Positions 9,820-21,508 are shown, counted from the stretch's first letter. The stretch is DNA of 64,000 nucleotides from an uncultured delta proteobacterium (GCA_963753975.1 CAVWEH010000001.1:32001-96000); one strand, 5' to 3'. The notes: generated by a model from the sequence alone, not told the origin. Made by a program: numbers and translations.

Positions 9820-10878
9820 ATGAGCGCAAACGAAAAAAATATTTCAGGAACAATATTGAGAATACAGCGCATGTCCACCGAGGATGGACCGGGCATCAGG
9901 AGTACTATCTTCTTCAAAGGTTGTCCGCTTTCGTGCGTCTGGTGTCATAATCCGGAAAGCATCTCACCCAAAATACAGGTGCATTGGGAAAAGACCAGGT
10001 GCCTTGGCTGCATGGGTTGTATAGAAGCATGCGTAAAAGGATCTTTGGCGATGGCCCAATCCGGCATTGTTATCGATCGGCTGACGTGCGACTCCTGCGC
10101 TACATGTGTTGTGGCCTGCCCGTCAACAGCCATGGATATCTACGGAGAAGACTGCAAGCCCAATGATCTGGCGCGTGAAGTTATGAAAGATAAGGTATAT
10201 TTCCAGAAGTCAGGGGGTGGAGTGACATTATCGGGCGGCGAACCGACTATGCAGCCGCTTTTTGCCAGAGAGCTGCTTTCCGCTTTCAGGAAGAGTGGCC
10301 TCCATACAGCTCTGGATACCTGCGGACAATGTTCGTGGGAAACCCTGGAGGAACTCCTGCCATATACGGATATGGTTATGTATGATCTCAAGGAGATCGA
10401 TCCCGACAAGCATAAAAAATTCACCGGAATTTCCAATACCAGAATATTCGAAAATCTTACCTCGCTTGGTCGCTTTATGAAGGAGCGCGGCATGCCCGGC
10501 GAGCTCTGGATTCGCACACCTTTGATACCGGATTGCACAGCCACACGAGAGAACATCACGGGTATCGGCGTCTTTATTAAAGAACACCTGGGAGAAATTG
10601 TCGGCAGATGGGAGCTTTGTACCTTCAATAATCTGTGCACTCATAAATACGAGAGTTTGGGAATCGATTGGGCATTTAAAAGAACGGGCCTGATTTCCCC
10701 CGAAGAAGCTGGAAACATGGCTTTATTGGCCCGGGATTCGGGGGTCGAAACCGGGATCGTTCACGTAAGCGGACCCATGAGAAATACAGACTCGGCTGAA
10801 TCTATGGGAGACGCATCTGATAAAAGTGTTATAAATAATAATTCCCGCGAATGGAAAAGTGAGGAAGGTTACGCATGA
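9820..10878 (+). CDS. Glycyl-radical enzyme activating enzyme (radical SAM with ferredoxin insert)
   Basis: DGPGIR, CPLSCVWC, two CxxCxxCxxxC motifs, GGVTLSGGEP. Confidence 0.93.
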   Translation: MSANEKNISGTILRIQRMSTEDGPGIRSTIFFKGCPLSCVWCHNPESISPKIQVHWEKTRCLGCMGCIEACVKGSLAMAQSGIVIDRLTCDSCATCVVACPSTAMDIYGEDCKPNDLAREVMKDKVYFQKSGGGVTLSGGEPTMQPLFARELLSAFRKSGLHTALDTCGQCSWETLEELLPYTDMVMYDLKEIDPDKHKKFTGISNTRIFENLTSLGRFMKERGMPGELWIRTPLIPDCTATRENITGIGVFIKEHLGEIVGRWELCTFNNLCTHKYESLGIDWAFKRTGLISPEEAGNMALLARDSGVETGIVHVSGPMRNTDSAESMGDASDKSVINNNSREWKSEEGYA

Positions 10879-11726
10879 AAAAGAAATTAACGCGCTTCGA
10901 TGAAGAAGATCTGAAACATTTTGAACCCGAAGCCAAGGTGGGGTTGATCGCTACAGTAAATCCGAAAGGTCTGCCCCATATAACCCTCATCACAGCCCTG
11001 CAGGCAAAAACTCCAACCAAACTCATCTGGGGTCAATTTTCGGAAGGACAAAGCAAACAGAATGTGAAGACCAACCCTAAGACGGGCTTTCTTATCATGA
11101 CTTTGGATAGAAACCTTTGGCGGGGCAAGGCTATGTGGACAGGAAAGACTACCCATGGTGAAGATTATGAGATGTTCAACAACAAGCCCATGTTCCGGTA
11201 CAACGCCTACTTCGGTATTCACACTGTGCACTATATGGATCTTGTGGAGACTTATGGCCGGGAGTCTTTGCCCCTGGCAAGGATCGCTATGGGATCAATT
11301 CTGACGATGATCTCAAAGTCCGCCGCCAGGCAAAAAAACAGCATCCAGCGCATCTTAAAACCTTGGGCTGAAGGGTTGTTCAACCGTTTAGATTCTATCA
11401 AATTTCTCTCTTATATCGACAATGACGGTTTCCCTGTCCTTATACCGCTTATTCAGTGTCAGGCGGCAGACAGCACAAAGCTGGCCTTCTCCTCTCTGGC
11501 CTATACGGACGAGTTAAACGCTCTGCGGCAGGATTCATCCGTTGCTGTATTCGGCCTCACCCTAGACATGGAGGATGTTCTGGTTCAGGGTATTTTTACC
11601 GGATTTAAGAGACACCGGGGGGTCACACTGGGATGCGTGGATATTGATTGGGTCTATAATTCCATGCCGCCGAAACCCGGACAGATTTACCCTGCCCAAG
11701 AGCTCAGGGCAGTGGTTAACTTCTAG
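10875..11726 (+). CDS. Tandem pyridoxamine-5'-phosphate-oxidase-like (split-barrel) protein
   Basis: Two similar halves (LIATVNPKGLPH / FLSYIDNDGFPV); ATGA overlap with activase. Confidence 0.7.
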   Translation: MKKKLTRFDEEDLKHFEPEAKVGLIATVNPKGLPHITLITALQAKTPTKLIWGQFSEGQSKQNVKTNPKTGFLIMTLDRNLWRGKAMWTGKTTHGEDYEMFNNKPMFRYNAYFGIHTVHYMDLVETYGRESLPLARIAMGSILTMISKSAARQKNSIQRILKPWAEGLFNRLDSIKFLSYIDNDGFPVLIPLIQCQAADSTKLAFSSLAYTDELNALRQDSSVAVFGLTLDMEDVLVQGIFTGFKRHRGVTLGCVDIDWVYNSMPPKPGQIYPAQELRAVVNF

Positions 11727-11779
11727 CAGAAGGAAATCAGGCCGTATCGGGACAATGAAATGTACTCTGCTGAACAAAA

Positions 11780-12709
11780 TTAGATATTGAGTAGTTTTTT
11801 CGCGTTCGCGCCGAGGAGCATTTCAATTTCGCTGGCGGTAAATTTTGTATGATCCGGCGCTTTCGTTGCCAAATCCTTTATAGCCGTAACAAAATCTTTT
11901 TCCGATAGCACGCTCCATGTATAGGGACTATCCGTGCCGAACAAAACTCTTTCCGGTCCGAAAGCATCCGCTACTTCCCTTATAATTCGGGCGAATTTCG
12001 GATAATCCGTTTTGGCCATATCCTGCGCAACGGAAATATCGGTATAGAGGTTTGGCCTTTGCCACCCAAAGGAACAAAGCTGTGGCCGGTATCCATAAGC
12101 CATATGGGCGGCGATGACATTAACTTCCGGAAAGCTCAGCAGCATTTTATCCAGATAAATCGGATCGCCGTATCTGCTGGATGTGGGAACGATACTGGGG
12201 CCGGTATGAGTTATCACCGGAATCCCATAATCCGCGATTGATTCAATCAGTTTTAGCGTTGCCGATTCCTCCGGATTGAATCCGGCGCCCGGATGCAGTT
12301 TTAATCCTTTTGCCCCCCATTCCTCAACACATTTCTGAACAAACTTTATGGCGCCTCGCCTGCGGGGATCGATATGCACAAAAGGAATAATTTTATCCGG
12401 ATATTTTTTCGCGGCCTGGAAAATAATTTTGTTTTGTTCTTCGATGCAAACTTCCGGTTCTCCCGTTAAAAGGCCGGTGTCAAAAAGAAAAACAACCGTC
12501 TTATCAATGCCGGCTTGCTCCATTTGCTCCAAATGCTTTTCACCGTCGGTATCGAAGTACTTGGGGAACACCTTGGCTTGGACATCTTCGTAAGAAAGCG
12601 GCCGGCCCATCCGCATTGTGATTTGCTGGATTATCCGGGCGTAATTTTTCCAAAAATTTTCCGAAAACCACTCTTTGGCTACAAAGTGGCGGTGAATATC
12701 AATGATCAT
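11780..12709 (-). CDS. Amidohydrolase_2 family metal-dependent hydrolase
   Basis: IIDIHRH, GLKLHP, AHM, VLFGTDSP. Confidence 0.88.
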   Translation of the reverse strand: MIIDIHRHFVAKEWFSENFWKNYARIIQQITMRMGRPLSYEDVQAKVFPKYFDTDGEKHLEQMEQAGIDKTVVFLFDTGLLTGEPEVCIEEQNKIIFQAAKKYPDKIIPFVHIDPRRRGAIKFVQKCVEEWGAKGLKLHPGAGFNPEESATLKLIESIADYGIPVITHTGPSIVPTSSRYGDPIYLDKMLLSFPEVNVIAAHMAYGYRPQLCSFGWQRPNLYTDISVAQDMAKTDYPKFARIIREVADAFGPERVLFGTDSPYTWSVLSEKDFVTAIKDLATKAPDHTKFTASEIEMLLGANAKKLLNI

Positions 12710-12851
12710 TTTTTGTTTCCCTTTTCTTTTATGAATATGGAAATTTCTTTTTACTTTCTAAAACATTTGATCAGGACATACCTGCAATTCTCTTAGCTAT
12801 AAAAAAGTGTTGGATTTATTTTTTACTAATGTGACACCCCTAAAATTATTC

Positions 12852-12926
12852 TGGTAGTCCCACGGGGAGTTGAACCCCGGTTTCCGGCGTGAGAGGCCAG
12901 CGTCCTAACCACTAGACGATGGGACC
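12852..12926 (-). tRNA. tRNA-Glu(CTC)
   Basis: Cloverleaf GGTCCCATCG...GCCTCTCACGC...GGTTCAACTCC...ACCA. Confidence 0.96.
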
Positions 12927-12927
12927 G

Positions 12928-13001
12928 TGGCTGGGGGACCAGGATTCGAACCTGGGTAGCAGGGTTCAGAGCCCTAAGTCCTGCCGCTAGACGATCCCCC
13001 A
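12928..13001 (-). tRNA. tRNA-Gln(CTG)
   Basis: TGGGGGATCG...GGCTCTGAACC...GGTTCGAATCC...GCCA. Confidence 0.96.
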
Positions 13002-13116
13002 GCAAAAGTGATCAATGTGAGGGCAGAGTATCTATTCAATCATATTATAAATGTCAAGACGAAATTGATATTTTCGCGAGTCTGTGGCTAGGTTAATCGG
13101 CTTTCTTTTTCCAGAA

Positions 13117-14517
13117 TTATTTTTGTGCTTCAATATAAGCCACTGCATCTTGAATCCTTTTTTCCACGCGGTCTTTGCCCAACGTAACCATCACTTCATC
13201 AATACCGGGGCTCACTGTTTTTCCGGTGAGAGCCACCCTTAGCGGCTGCGCGATAACTTTGAGTTTAATTTCCCGCTTTTGGGCAAAGGCCTTAAGAAAA
13301 TCTTCAATTTCTTCTTTGCTGAAATTTGCGAGCGTTGTGAGTCCCAAGGCAATCTCTTTTAAATAAATGCCAATAGCGGGCTGAAGAAATTTTTGCACCG
13401 CTTCTTTTTCATATTGAACTTTTTCGACAAAATAAAAACCGGCGGCATCTGCCAGCTCTATGAGCGTTTTTACCCGCGGCTGTAAATCGGCAATCACTCT
13501 CCGTACTAATTCAGCATCGGCCTTTCCTGCGGCTTCCGACCAAATAGGTTTCATCTCTTCGGAGAGGCGTTCCAGTTTTGCCTCCTTTATATAATGAGCG
13601 TTAAGCCAGAGCAGTTTTTCGGGATTGAAAACCGCGGGTGATTTGCCCACCGCTTCCAGAGAGAACACATTAATTAATTCCGCAAGTGAAAAAATTTCCT
13701 GATCGCCGTGCGCCCAGCCCAGGCGCACCAGATAATTAACGAGCGCTTCCGGCAGGTATCCCATTTCTTTATAAGCCATGACAGACGTCGCGCCGTGACG
13801 TTTACTGAGGCGCGCTTTATCGGCCCCGAGAATCATGGGTACATGGGCAAATTTTGGAACGGCAAAACCCAGAGCCTGATAGAGCAAAATCTGGCGCGGG
13901 GTATTATTGACATGGTCATCGCCGCGGATGACGTGAGTAATGTTCATGAGTGCATCATCGACGACCACGGCAAAGTTATAGGTCGGGTAGCCGTCGCTGC
14001 GTTCGATGATCAAATCATCAAGCTCTTCATTATTAAAACTGATGTTTCCTTTAATCAGATCTTCAACAATCGTCGCTCCTGTTCGCGGGCCACAAAAGCG
14101 CACAACGCTGCCCGCCGATCTACTTAATTTCTTATCACGGCACGTACCGTCGTATTTGGGTTTTTTACCTGCCGCCAGAGCCTGCTTTCTTTTTGTTTCC
14201 AATTCTTCCGGCGTGCAGGTGCAATAATAGGCTTTGCCTTCATTGATTAATTTTTGCACCATCTCCCGGTGCAAACCGACGCGCTCGGCCTGAAAATGCG
14301 GCCCTTCATTCCAGTTTAAGCCCAGCCAATTCAGAGAATCAAGGATGGCTTTTGTCGATTCGGTAGTCGAGCGCGCCTGGTCGGTATCTTCTATCCGCAA
14401 GACAAATTCGCCGCCGTGATGGCGGGTGAAAAGCCAATTAAAAAGGGCAGTTCGCGCTCCGCCAATGTGCAGAAAACCTGTAGGTGAAGGCGCAAAGCGA
14501 GTTCTAATTTTTTCCAT
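13117..14517 (-). CDS. gltX: Glutamate-tRNA ligase
   Basis: RFAPSPTGFLHIGG, LSKR motifs. Confidence 0.97.
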   Translation of the reverse strand: MEKIRTRFAPSPTGFLHIGGARTALFNWLFTRHHGGEFVLRIEDTDQARSTTESTKAILDSLNWLGLNWNEGPHFQAERVGLHREMVQKLINEGKAYYCTCTPEELETKRKQALAAGKKPKYDGTCRDKKLSRSAGSVVRFCGPRTGATIVEDLIKGNISFNNEELDDLIIERSDGYPTYNFAVVVDDALMNITHVIRGDDHVNNTPRQILLYQALGFAVPKFAHVPMILGADKARLSKRHGATSVMAYKEMGYLPEALVNYLVRLGWAHGDQEIFSLAELINVFSLEAVGKSPAVFNPEKLLWLNAHYIKEAKLERLSEEMKPIWSEAAGKADAELVRRVIADLQPRVKTLIELADAAGFYFVEKVQYEKEAVQKFLQPAIGIYLKEIALGLTTLANFSKEEIEDFLKAFAQKREIKLKVIAQPLRVALTGKTVSPGIDEVMVTLGKDRVEKRIQDAVAYIEAQK

Positions 14518-14676
14518 CGTTGTATTTTCCTTATTTCTTTTGGTTTTTATAAGATTGAGAGCCGTCGTTTGTCAAGCTGCAATTCCCCGAAAACGTCAAA
14601 TTATCCTTGACAAGGAAAAGATTTTATAATTTACTTCCGCACTTAATACGCTTGGCAGTATTTTGACAAGGCCAAT

Positions 14677-15228
14677 ATGGTTTCAACGACTAATTCTTTG
14701 AAAATTAATGTAGTTACGGTTCCTGAGGAAGGGTTGAATGTTGTTTTCTCTGAAGACAGTGCGTGGTTTAAGGAATGCTTTCCGGACAGTGAAACGCTTG
14801 ATTTTACTTTGCGTAAGGTGGATATAAACTGTCTCCTAACAAAAACCGCGAGCACCATTTTTATTAAAGGTAAACTTTCCGCGATTATTGATATTGATTG
14901 CAGCCGCTGTCTGGAAAAAACAAAACTTCCCCTGGGAGCCGATTTCTCTTATACATTAATTCCAGCGAAAGCCGAAAACAAAGAAGATTTAGAACTAAAA
15001 GAAGAAGAGCTGGAAATTAGCCATTACCAGGGTGATTTTATTGATTTGACGCCTATTATCTGTGAGCAAATAATTTTGCAAATACCGATTAAGGCGCTTT
15101 GCAGCGAAAACTGTAAAGGTTTATGTCCGCATTGCGGCACTAATTTAAATATTTGTGCCTGTAATTGCTATTTGGATTTTGCCGATAATCGTATGGCTGT
15201 ATTAAAAAATTTTAAAGTGAAAAATTAA
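14677..15228 (+). CDS. yceD: DUF177/YceD family protein
   Basis: CSRCL and [14 protein letters not shown]; upstream of rpmF. Confidence 0.9.
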   Translation: MVSTTNSLKINVVTVPEEGLNVVFSEDSAWFKECFPDSETLDFTLRKVDINCLLTKTASTIFIKGKLSAIIDIDCSRCLEKTKLPLGADFSYTLIPAKAENKEDLELKEEELEISHYQGDFIDLTPIICEQIILQIPIKALCSENCKGLCPHCGTNLNICACNCYLDFADNRMAVLKNFKVKN

Positions 15229-15247
15229 TCGTAAGAAAAGGATATTT

Positions 15248-15433
15248 ATGCCAAATCCGGTAAAGAGACATTCCAAAACCAGACGCAATACAAGAAGAGC
15301 TCATGATTTCCTGAAACAGCCTTCCTTGTCTTTATGTTCGCAGTGTAATGAGCCTAAATTGCCTCATCGTGTCTGTCCTACATGCGAAACATATAGGGGC
15401 AAGGAATACAAAAAACCTGAAAAGAAAGCCTGA
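15248..15433 (+). CDS. rpmF: 50S ribosomal protein L32
   Basis: [13 protein letters not shown]...PHRVCPTC. Confidence 0.96.
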   Translation: MPNPVKRHSKTRRNTRRAHDFLKQPSLSLCSQCNEPKLPHRVCPTCETYRGKEYKKPEKKA

Positions 15434-15459
15434 TATCGGAAACGAGTTCAAGAATCGCT

Positions 15460-15564
15460 AAAACGGCGTTTGTTTTTCCCGGACAGTGTACGCAACATGT
15501 CGGTATGGGCAGTTCGTTATTGGAGTAATTTGCGGCTGGAAGAGACGTAGTCAATCGCGTAAGT
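15460..15564 (+). pseudogene. fabD: N-terminal remnant of malonyl-CoA:ACP transacylase
   Basis: Reads KTAFVFPGQCTQHVGMGSSLLE*FAAGRDVVNRVS, matching FabD 'AFVFPGQGSQxVGMG'; no start codon, internal TAA. Confidence 0.8.
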
Positions 15565-15666
15565 TTCGTATAGAAAAAAATAAGGAATTATTTTGAAAAA
15601 CAATGTAAAACAAACATTATCTGGCTCAATTTTTTAGGGCACTAATAGACTGGAGGAGGATTTTGC

Positions 15667-15903
15667 ATGACATTAGAAGAGAAAGTTATTAAACTCGTGA
15701 TGGAACAACTGGATGTCACCCGGGAGGAATGCGTTCCGGAGGCTTCTTTTATTGACGATTTAGGAGCGGACTCGCTGGATCTTGTTGAGCTCATCATGGA
15801 AATGGAAGAAGTTTTCGGTATAGAGATCGCGGATGAAGAGCTGGAAAAAATTCGCACAGTTAAAGATGTTATTGAGTTCTTAAAAAGCAAAGGTATTAAT
15901 TAA
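15667..15903 (+). CDS. acpP: Acyl carrier protein
   Basis: DLGADSLD. Confidence 0.97.
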   Translation: MTLEEKVIKLVMEQLDVTREECVPEASFIDDLGADSLDLVELIMEMEEVFGIEIADEELEKIRTVKDVIEFLKSKGIN

Positions 15904-15930
15904 GTTTAAAAAAAGACAAGGTATAAGTTG

Positions 15931-17172
15931 ATGAAAAGGCGCGTCGTCGTAACCGGCCTCGGGGCATTGACCCCTTTGGGTAATTCCGTTCGGGAATCAT
16001 GGGCAGGTGTGATTGCGGGAAAATCCGGCATTGGCCCGATTACCAAGTTCGATTGCGCCGCTTTTAAATCCAGAATTGCGGGCGAGATAAAGAATTTCGA
16101 ACCGCTGCACTTTGTGGATAAGCAGGAAGTTCGTCGCTACGACGATTTTATTTTATACGCCCTAGCCGCTTCCACAATGGCGATGGCCGACGCAAAACTA
16201 ACAATCATTCCGGAAATTTCCGGCCGCGCCGGCGTAATAATCGGATCTGGTATCGGCGGCGTGGCCACGATGGAGAGCGAAATAAAAGTTTTATTTAATT
16301 CCGGCCCTCGCAAGATCTCCCCCTTTGCCATTCCGGCAATTTTGGCCAATTTAGCTTCCGGTCATGTTTCCATTCGCTTTGGAGCCAAAGGCCCGATCAA
16401 TTGCACCGTTACCGCTTGCGCTGCCGGAACATCGGCGATTGGCGACGCTTATAAAACCATTGCCTATGGAGATGCCGATATCATGATTACCGGCGGTGCG
16501 GAAGCGGCAATCACTCCTCTGGGAGTCGGTGGCTTTAGTGCCATGCGGGCACTATCGACGAGAAACGATGAACCGCAGAAGGCGAGCCGGCCGTTTGATC
16601 GCGGCCGCGATGGGTTTGTGATCGGAGAGGGCTGCGGGATAGTTATTTTGGAAGAATTATCATTTGCGGAGAGGCGAGGCGCACATATTTACGCAGAACT
16701 TGCAGGTTACGGCTGCACATCCGACGCTTTTCACATGGCTGCGCCGCCGCCCGGACACGAGGGAGCTGCGCGTAGCATGCAGATTGCGCTTACGGCTGCC
16801 GGTCTGAACACGACCGACATCGATTATATCAATGCCCACGGCACGTCAACGCCGCTCAATGATTTATATGAAACACAAGCCATCAAAACTCTCTTTGGGG
16901 AGCACGCCAAAAAGCTCATGGTCAGCTCCACAAAATCCATGACCGGTCACATGCTGGGCGGAACAGGAGGCGTTGAGGCTATCTTTGCCGTTAAGGCCAT
17001 ACAGGAAGGCGTTATTCCGCCGACTGTAAATCTGGATAATCCCGATCCCGAATGCGATCTTGATTATGTGCCCAACGTGGCCCGGCGGAAAAAAATTAAT
17101 ACGGCCATGTCCAATACTTTTGGTTTTGGCGGCGTCAACGCTGTTTTAGTATTTAAAAAATATATCGCTTGA
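15931..17172 (+). CDS. fabF: Beta-ketoacyl-ACP synthase II
   Basis: [33 protein letters not shown]. Confidence 0.96.
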   Translation: MKRRVVVTGLGALTPLGNSVRESWAGVIAGKSGIGPITKFDCAAFKSRIAGEIKNFEPLHFVDKQEVRRYDDFILYALAASTMAMADAKLTIIPEISGRAGVIIGSGIGGVATMESEIKVLFNSGPRKISPFAIPAILANLASGHVSIRFGAKGPINCTVTACAAGTSAIGDAYKTIAYGDADIMITGGAEAAITPLGVGGFSAMRALSTRNDEPQKASRPFDRGRDGFVIGEGCGIVILEELSFAERRGAHIYAELAGYGCTSDAFHMAAPPPGHEGAARSMQIALTAAGLNTTDIDYINAHGTSTPLNDLYETQAIKTLFGEHAKKLMVSSTKSMTGHMLGGTGGVEAIFAVKAIQEGVIPPTVNLDNPDPECDLDYVPNVARRKKINTAMSNTFGFGGVNAVLVFKKYIA

Positions 17173-17204
17173 CAAGATAAGGTGCGAAGGAGGAATCAGT
17201 TTTC

Positions 17205-18449
17205 ATGTCTTTTTTAGAAAAAGTTGATCCGGAAATCTACCAGGCCATTAAATCGGAAACGCGCAGGCAAGCACAGAAAATCGAGCTTATCGCCTCCGAG
17301 AATTTTGTCAGCGAAGCAGTATTGGAAGCACAGGGCTCAATAATGACCAACAAGTACGCCGAAGGTTATCCCGGTAATCGTTATTATGGCGGCTGCGAGT
17401 TTGTCGATATCGTGGAAAATCTGGCAATCGAACGCTGTAAACAGCTTTTCGGTGCCGACCATGTCAATGTGCAGCCGCATTCCGGCACGCAAGCGAACAT
17501 GGCCGTATATTTCGCGGCGGTTCAGCCGGGCGACACTGTCCTGGGAATGAACCTGTCGCACGGCGGGCATTTGTCTCATGGAAGCCCGGCCAATTTTTCC
17601 GGCAAATTATATAAGATTGTCGCCTACGGCGTAAGCAGAGATACGGAAACAATCGATTTTACCGAAGTCGAAAAAGTAGCCAAGGAACATAAACCAAAGA
17701 TGATTATAGTCGGCGCCAGCGCTTATCCGCGGACGCTTGACTTTCAGAGATTCCGTAAAATCGCCGACGAAGTAGGCGCGGTAATCATGGCCGATATCGC
17801 CCATATAGCGGGCCTTGTCGTCACAGGATTGCATCCAACGCCTATACCTTTTTGCGAATATGTAACTTCCACGACGCATAAAACTTTGCGCGGACCCCGC
17901 GGCGGTTTGATTATGTGCAAAGAAGCTTATGCCAAGACTTTGAACAGCAGGGTTTTCCCGGGTTCTCAGGGCGGACCGCTGATGCATATAATAGCGGCCA
18001 AGGCCGTTGCCTTTAAAGAAGCGCTCGCGCCCGAATTTAAGGGATACCAACTACAAATCATTAAAAACGCCAAAGTGCTGGCGGACGAATTAAAGAATCA
18101 GGGTTTTCGTCTTGTTTCCGGCGGGACAGACAATCACTTGATGCTCGTTGATTTGACGGCAACAGGCGTCACGGGCAAAGATGCCCAGGAAGCTCTCGAC
18201 CGGGCGGCGATTACCGTCAATAAAAACGGCATTCCTTTTGATACGAAAGGTCCGCAAGTAACGAGTGGAATCAGAATCGGCACTCCCGCCGTGACCACCA
18301 GAGGCATGAAGGAAAACGAGATGCGCCAGATTGCTTCCTATATCGCCGAGGTAATTAAAAACATAGCCACTGAAAAGAAAATTCAGGCCGTGGCGGAAAA
18401 GGTAAAAGCCCTCTGCGTCAAATTTCCTCTTTATCAACAGAGAATTTAA
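17205..18449 (+). CDS. glyA: Serine hydroxymethyltransferase
   Basis: [28 protein letters not shown]. Confidence 0.98.
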   Translation: MSFLEKVDPEIYQAIKSETRRQAQKIELIASENFVSEAVLEAQGSIMTNKYAEGYPGNRYYGGCEFVDIVENLAIERCKQLFGADHVNVQPHSGTQANMAVYFAAVQPGDTVLGMNLSHGGHLSHGSPANFSGKLYKIVAYGVSRDTETIDFTEVEKVAKEHKPKMIIVGASAYPRTLDFQRFRKIADEVGAVIMADIAHIAGLVVTGLHPTPIPFCEYVTSTTHKTLRGPRGGLIMCKEAYAKTLNSRVFPGSQGGPLMHIIAAKAVAFKEALAPEFKGYQLQIIKNAKVLADELKNQGFRLVSGGTDNHLMLVDLTATGVTGKDAQEALDRAAITVNKNGIPFDTKGPQVTSGIRIGTPAVTTRGMKENEMRQIASYIAEVIKNIATEKKIQAVAEKVKALCVKFPLYQQRI

Positions 18450-18504
18450 AGTCTATAAGCCGGCATCTGTCGGAAATTTTCAGCTTCTTGAGAGCGTGTT
18501 AACT

Positions 18505-18990
18505 ATGGCCGCAAAGAAAGTTTCTTCGGTAAATTCGCCGGAAAGAATCAATAAAAGGCCAGACTGGGATTCTTATTTTCTGGATATCGTAGACATCATA
18601 TCCCGGCGCAGTACTTGTTTGCGCCGCGCAGTGGGTGCGGGATTGGTGCGCGATCGCCGGATTCTGGCGACAGGCTATAACGGTGCGCCTTCCAAGCTCC
18701 AGCACTGTCTGGATATCGGTTGTCTGCGCGAGAAGCTCAATGTGCCTTCCGGCGAACGTCATGAGTTATGCCGCGGACTGCACGCGGAACAAAATGCCGT
18801 TATTCAGGCAGCATTGCACGGGGTAAGCGCCAAGGGATCGACACTGTATTGCACCAATCATCCCTGTGTTATTTGTGCCAAAATGATCATCAACGCCGGA
18901 GTTGTGCGTATCGTTATCCGCGAAGGCTACAGTGATAAATTGGCGGGAGAAATGCTTAGAGAAGCGGGTATTGACGTAAAACGACTCTAA
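18505..18990 (+). CDS. dCMP deaminase family protein
   Basis: [19 protein letters not shown]. Confidence 0.9.
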   Translation: MAAKKVSSVNSPERINKRPDWDSYFLDIVDIISRRSTCLRRAVGAGLVRDRRILATGYNGAPSKLQHCLDIGCLREKLNVPSGERHELCRGLHAEQNAVIQAALHGVSAKGSTLYCTNHPCVICAKMIINAGVVRIVIREGYSDKLAGEMLREAGIDVKRL

Positions 18991-19020
18991 CCTTATAGAA
19001 AGAGTACGGTAACCAAGTTC

Positions 19021-19482
19021 ATGAAGTGTCCTTTTTGCGGTCATGCGGAAAACAAGGTTATTGATTCGCGGATAAGTAAGGATGGCAAGGCCATTCGCCG
19101 CCGCCGGGAATGTCTGGACTGCGCCAAGCGTTTTACCACTTATGAATTTGTTGAAGATATCCTGCCGATGGTCGTAAAAAAGGACGGTCGCCGCGAGACA
19201 TTCGACCGCATGAAGATCCGCAATGGGGTGATGAAAGCTTGCGAAAAGCGTCCGATCAGCATGGAGTCTATGGAAAAAATCGTGGAAAATGTGGAGCAGG
19301 CCTGTCAGGAATTCCAGGGCGAGGAAATTCCTTCGACGGTTATCGGAGAAAAAGTCATGAACGAACTTAAAGCTCTTGATGGCGTCGCTTATGTGCGCTT
19401 TGCCTCTGTCTACCGGCAATTCCGCGATGTCGGAGAGTTCATGACCGAATTAAAAGATTTATTGAGCAAGGGCAAAAAATAA
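19021..19482 (+). CDS. nrdR: Transcriptional repressor NrdR
   Basis: MKCPFC, RRRREC, ATP cone, [10 protein letters not shown]. Confidence 0.97.
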   Translation: MKCPFCGHAENKVIDSRISKDGKAIRRRRECLDCAKRFTTYEFVEDILPMVVKKDGRRETFDRMKIRNGVMKACEKRPISMESMEKIVENVEQACQEFQGEEIPSTVIGEKVMNELKALDGVAYVRFASVYRQFRDVGEFMTELKDLLSKGKK

Positions 19483-19486
19483 ATTT

Positions 19487-20125
19487 ATGTTTACCGGAAT
19501 CGTGGAAGGATTGGGCAGAGTGAAGCGTCTGGCAATGAAAGGCGCCGATGCGGTTTTGGAAGTTGAGGCCTTAATCGACCTGAACGATGTGACCATCGGC
19601 GACAGCATCGCCGTAAACGGTGCTTGTCTTACCGTTACCGCTAGAAATAAAAATATTTTTAACGCCGACGTTTCCGCAGAAACACTGGATAAAACAAACC
19701 TTAACCGATTGCACGCGGGAGATAAAGTCAATCTGGAAAAATCACTGCGGGTAGGAGGCTACGTGGGCGGGCATTTTGTTTTAGGCCATATTGATGCCAC
19801 AGGCAGAATTCTTTCGCAAACGCAGAAATCCGGCTCAATCATTCTGGCTGTCGAAATCGATGATAAACTTTCGCGCTATATCGTGGAAAAGGGTTCGGTG
19901 GCCGTAGACGGCGTAAGTCTTACTGTAAACAAGCTTGAAAAAGGCCGGTTTTATGTTAATATAATCCCGCATACGGCGGATAAGACGACCATCGTGATGA
20001 AAAAAGAAGGCGATTGGGTGAACATTGAGACGGATATTCTTGGCAAATATGTGGGGAAATTATTGCAAACTCCGCGGGGAATAGATAATGATTTCTTAGC
20101 GCGGCACGGTTTTTTAGATAAGTAA
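19487..20125 (+). CDS. ribE: Riboflavin synthase alpha chain
   Basis: MFTGIVE, GDSIAVNGACLTV. Confidence 0.96.
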   Translation: MFTGIVEGLGRVKRLAMKGADAVLEVEALIDLNDVTIGDSIAVNGACLTVTARNKNIFNADVSAETLDKTNLNRLHAGDKVNLEKSLRVGGYVGGHFVLGHIDATGRILSQTQKSGSIILAVEIDDKLSRYIVEKGSVAVDGVSLTVNKLEKGRFYVNIIPHTADKTTIVMKKEGDWVNIETDILGKYVGKLLQTPRGIDNDFLARHGFLDK

Positions 20126-20138
20126 GGATCAAAAGACA

Positions 20139-21341
20139 ATGGCAGTAAGCACTATTCGGGAAGCAATTGATGATATTCGTAGCGGGAAAATGATTATTCT
20201 CGTTGACGACGAAGACCGGGAAAATGAAGGCGATCTTTGCACGGCGGCGCAGTTTGTCTCACCGGAAACAATTAACTTCATGGCGCGTTACGGCCGCGGC
20301 TTGATATGTTTGACTCTTAATGAGGAAACGGCGGACAAATTAAAACTTCAGCCAATGGTTATAGAAAACAAAGCGCGTTTCGGAACGGCGTTTACAATTT
20401 CGATCGAAGCGCGAAGCGGCGTGACCACCGGAATTTCCGCCGCGGATAGGGCAACAACAATTAAAGCTGCCGTCAATCCGGAGGCAAAACCGGAAGATTT
20501 GGTCAGCCCCGGCCATGTGTTTCCCATCCGCGCCCGCAAAGGCGGTGTTCTGGTGCGCACCGGACAGACCGAAGGATCAGTGGATTTATGCCGTCTGGCC
20601 GGTTTGACACCCGCCGGAGTGATTTGCGAAGTCATGCGGGATGACGGCACAATGGCACGGATGCCGGATCTGGAAGTTTTTGCCCGCGAATACAACTTGA
20701 AGATAGTTACCATTGCCGATCTTATTGACTATCGGATGCAAAATGAATCGCTCATCAGAAGGGTCGCCCAGGCAACAATCCCTACCTGCTACGGCGGCGA
20801 TTTCAAAATCATCGTTTATGAAAATGACGTTGACGAAATGCAGCACATAGCTCTGGTGAAGGGTGAAATCGAGAAAGAAGACGAGGTTTTGGTGCGCGTC
20901 CATTCGGAATGTCTAACCGGTGATGTTTTTGCCTCGAAAAGGTGCGACTGCGGTGAGCAACTCCATTGCGCGATGAAAATGGTGGAAGAGGAAGGGAAAG
21001 GCGTCATCGTATACATGCGGCAGGAAGGCCGGGGAATCGGACTGGTGAATAAAATCAAAGCTTACGCTTTGCAGGAAGAAGGACATGATACGGTCGAAGC
21101 CAATATCGCTCTTGGTTTTAAGCCCGATCTAAGGGATTACGGTATCGGCGCGCAGATACTTGTTGACCTGGGGGTGCGCAGAATGCGATTGCTGACCAAT
21201 AACCCTAAGAAAATAGTCGGACTGGAAGGTTACGGAATCGAGATTACTAAAAGAATCCCCCTGGAGATACACCCGAACGACGACAACATAAGATATATGC
21301 AGACTAAACAAAAAAAGATGGGGCATCTTTTGAAAATATAA
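20139..21341 (+). CDS. ribBA: Bifunctional DHBP synthase / GTP cyclohydrolase II
   Basis: [26 protein letters not shown]. Confidence 0.97.
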   Translation: MAVSTIREAIDDIRSGKMIILVDDEDRENEGDLCTAAQFVSPETINFMARYGRGLICLTLNEETADKLKLQPMVIENKARFGTAFTISIEARSGVTTGISAADRATTIKAAVNPEAKPEDLVSPGHVFPIRARKGGVLVRTGQTEGSVDLCRLAGLTPAGVICEVMRDDGTMARMPDLEVFAREYNLKIVTIADLIDYRMQNESLIRRVAQATIPTCYGGDFKIIVYENDVDEMQHIALVKGEIEKEDEVLVRVHSECLTGDVFASKRCDCGEQLHCAMKMVEEEGKGVIVYMRQEGRGIGLVNKIKAYALQEEGHDTVEANIALGFKPDLRDYGIGAQILVDLGVRRMRLLTNNPKKIVGLEGYGIEITKRIPLEIHPNDDNIRYMQTKQKKMGHLLKI

Positions 21342-21379
21342 CAAGTGTAAATCGCACATACCGGCGAAACAGTGAACAC

Positions 21380-21508
21380 ATCCCGCTTCGTTTAAACTTG
21401 CGGGATATATTTCGACTAACAAGTTTCAGTGCGCTTCGTTTCTGAAATTTGAGTCTCAATACAGCTTACAAGTTTCAGATCGCTTTCTTCCTGAAACTTG
21501 AGTTTCAT
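21380..21508 (-). repeat. Cluster of REP-like palindromic units
   Basis: ATCCCGC...GCGGGAT plus two CAAGTTTCAG-loop-CTGAAA(C/T)TTGAGT(C/T)TCA units; homologous to clusters at 35.5, 41.4 and 55.0 kb. Confidence 0.8.
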
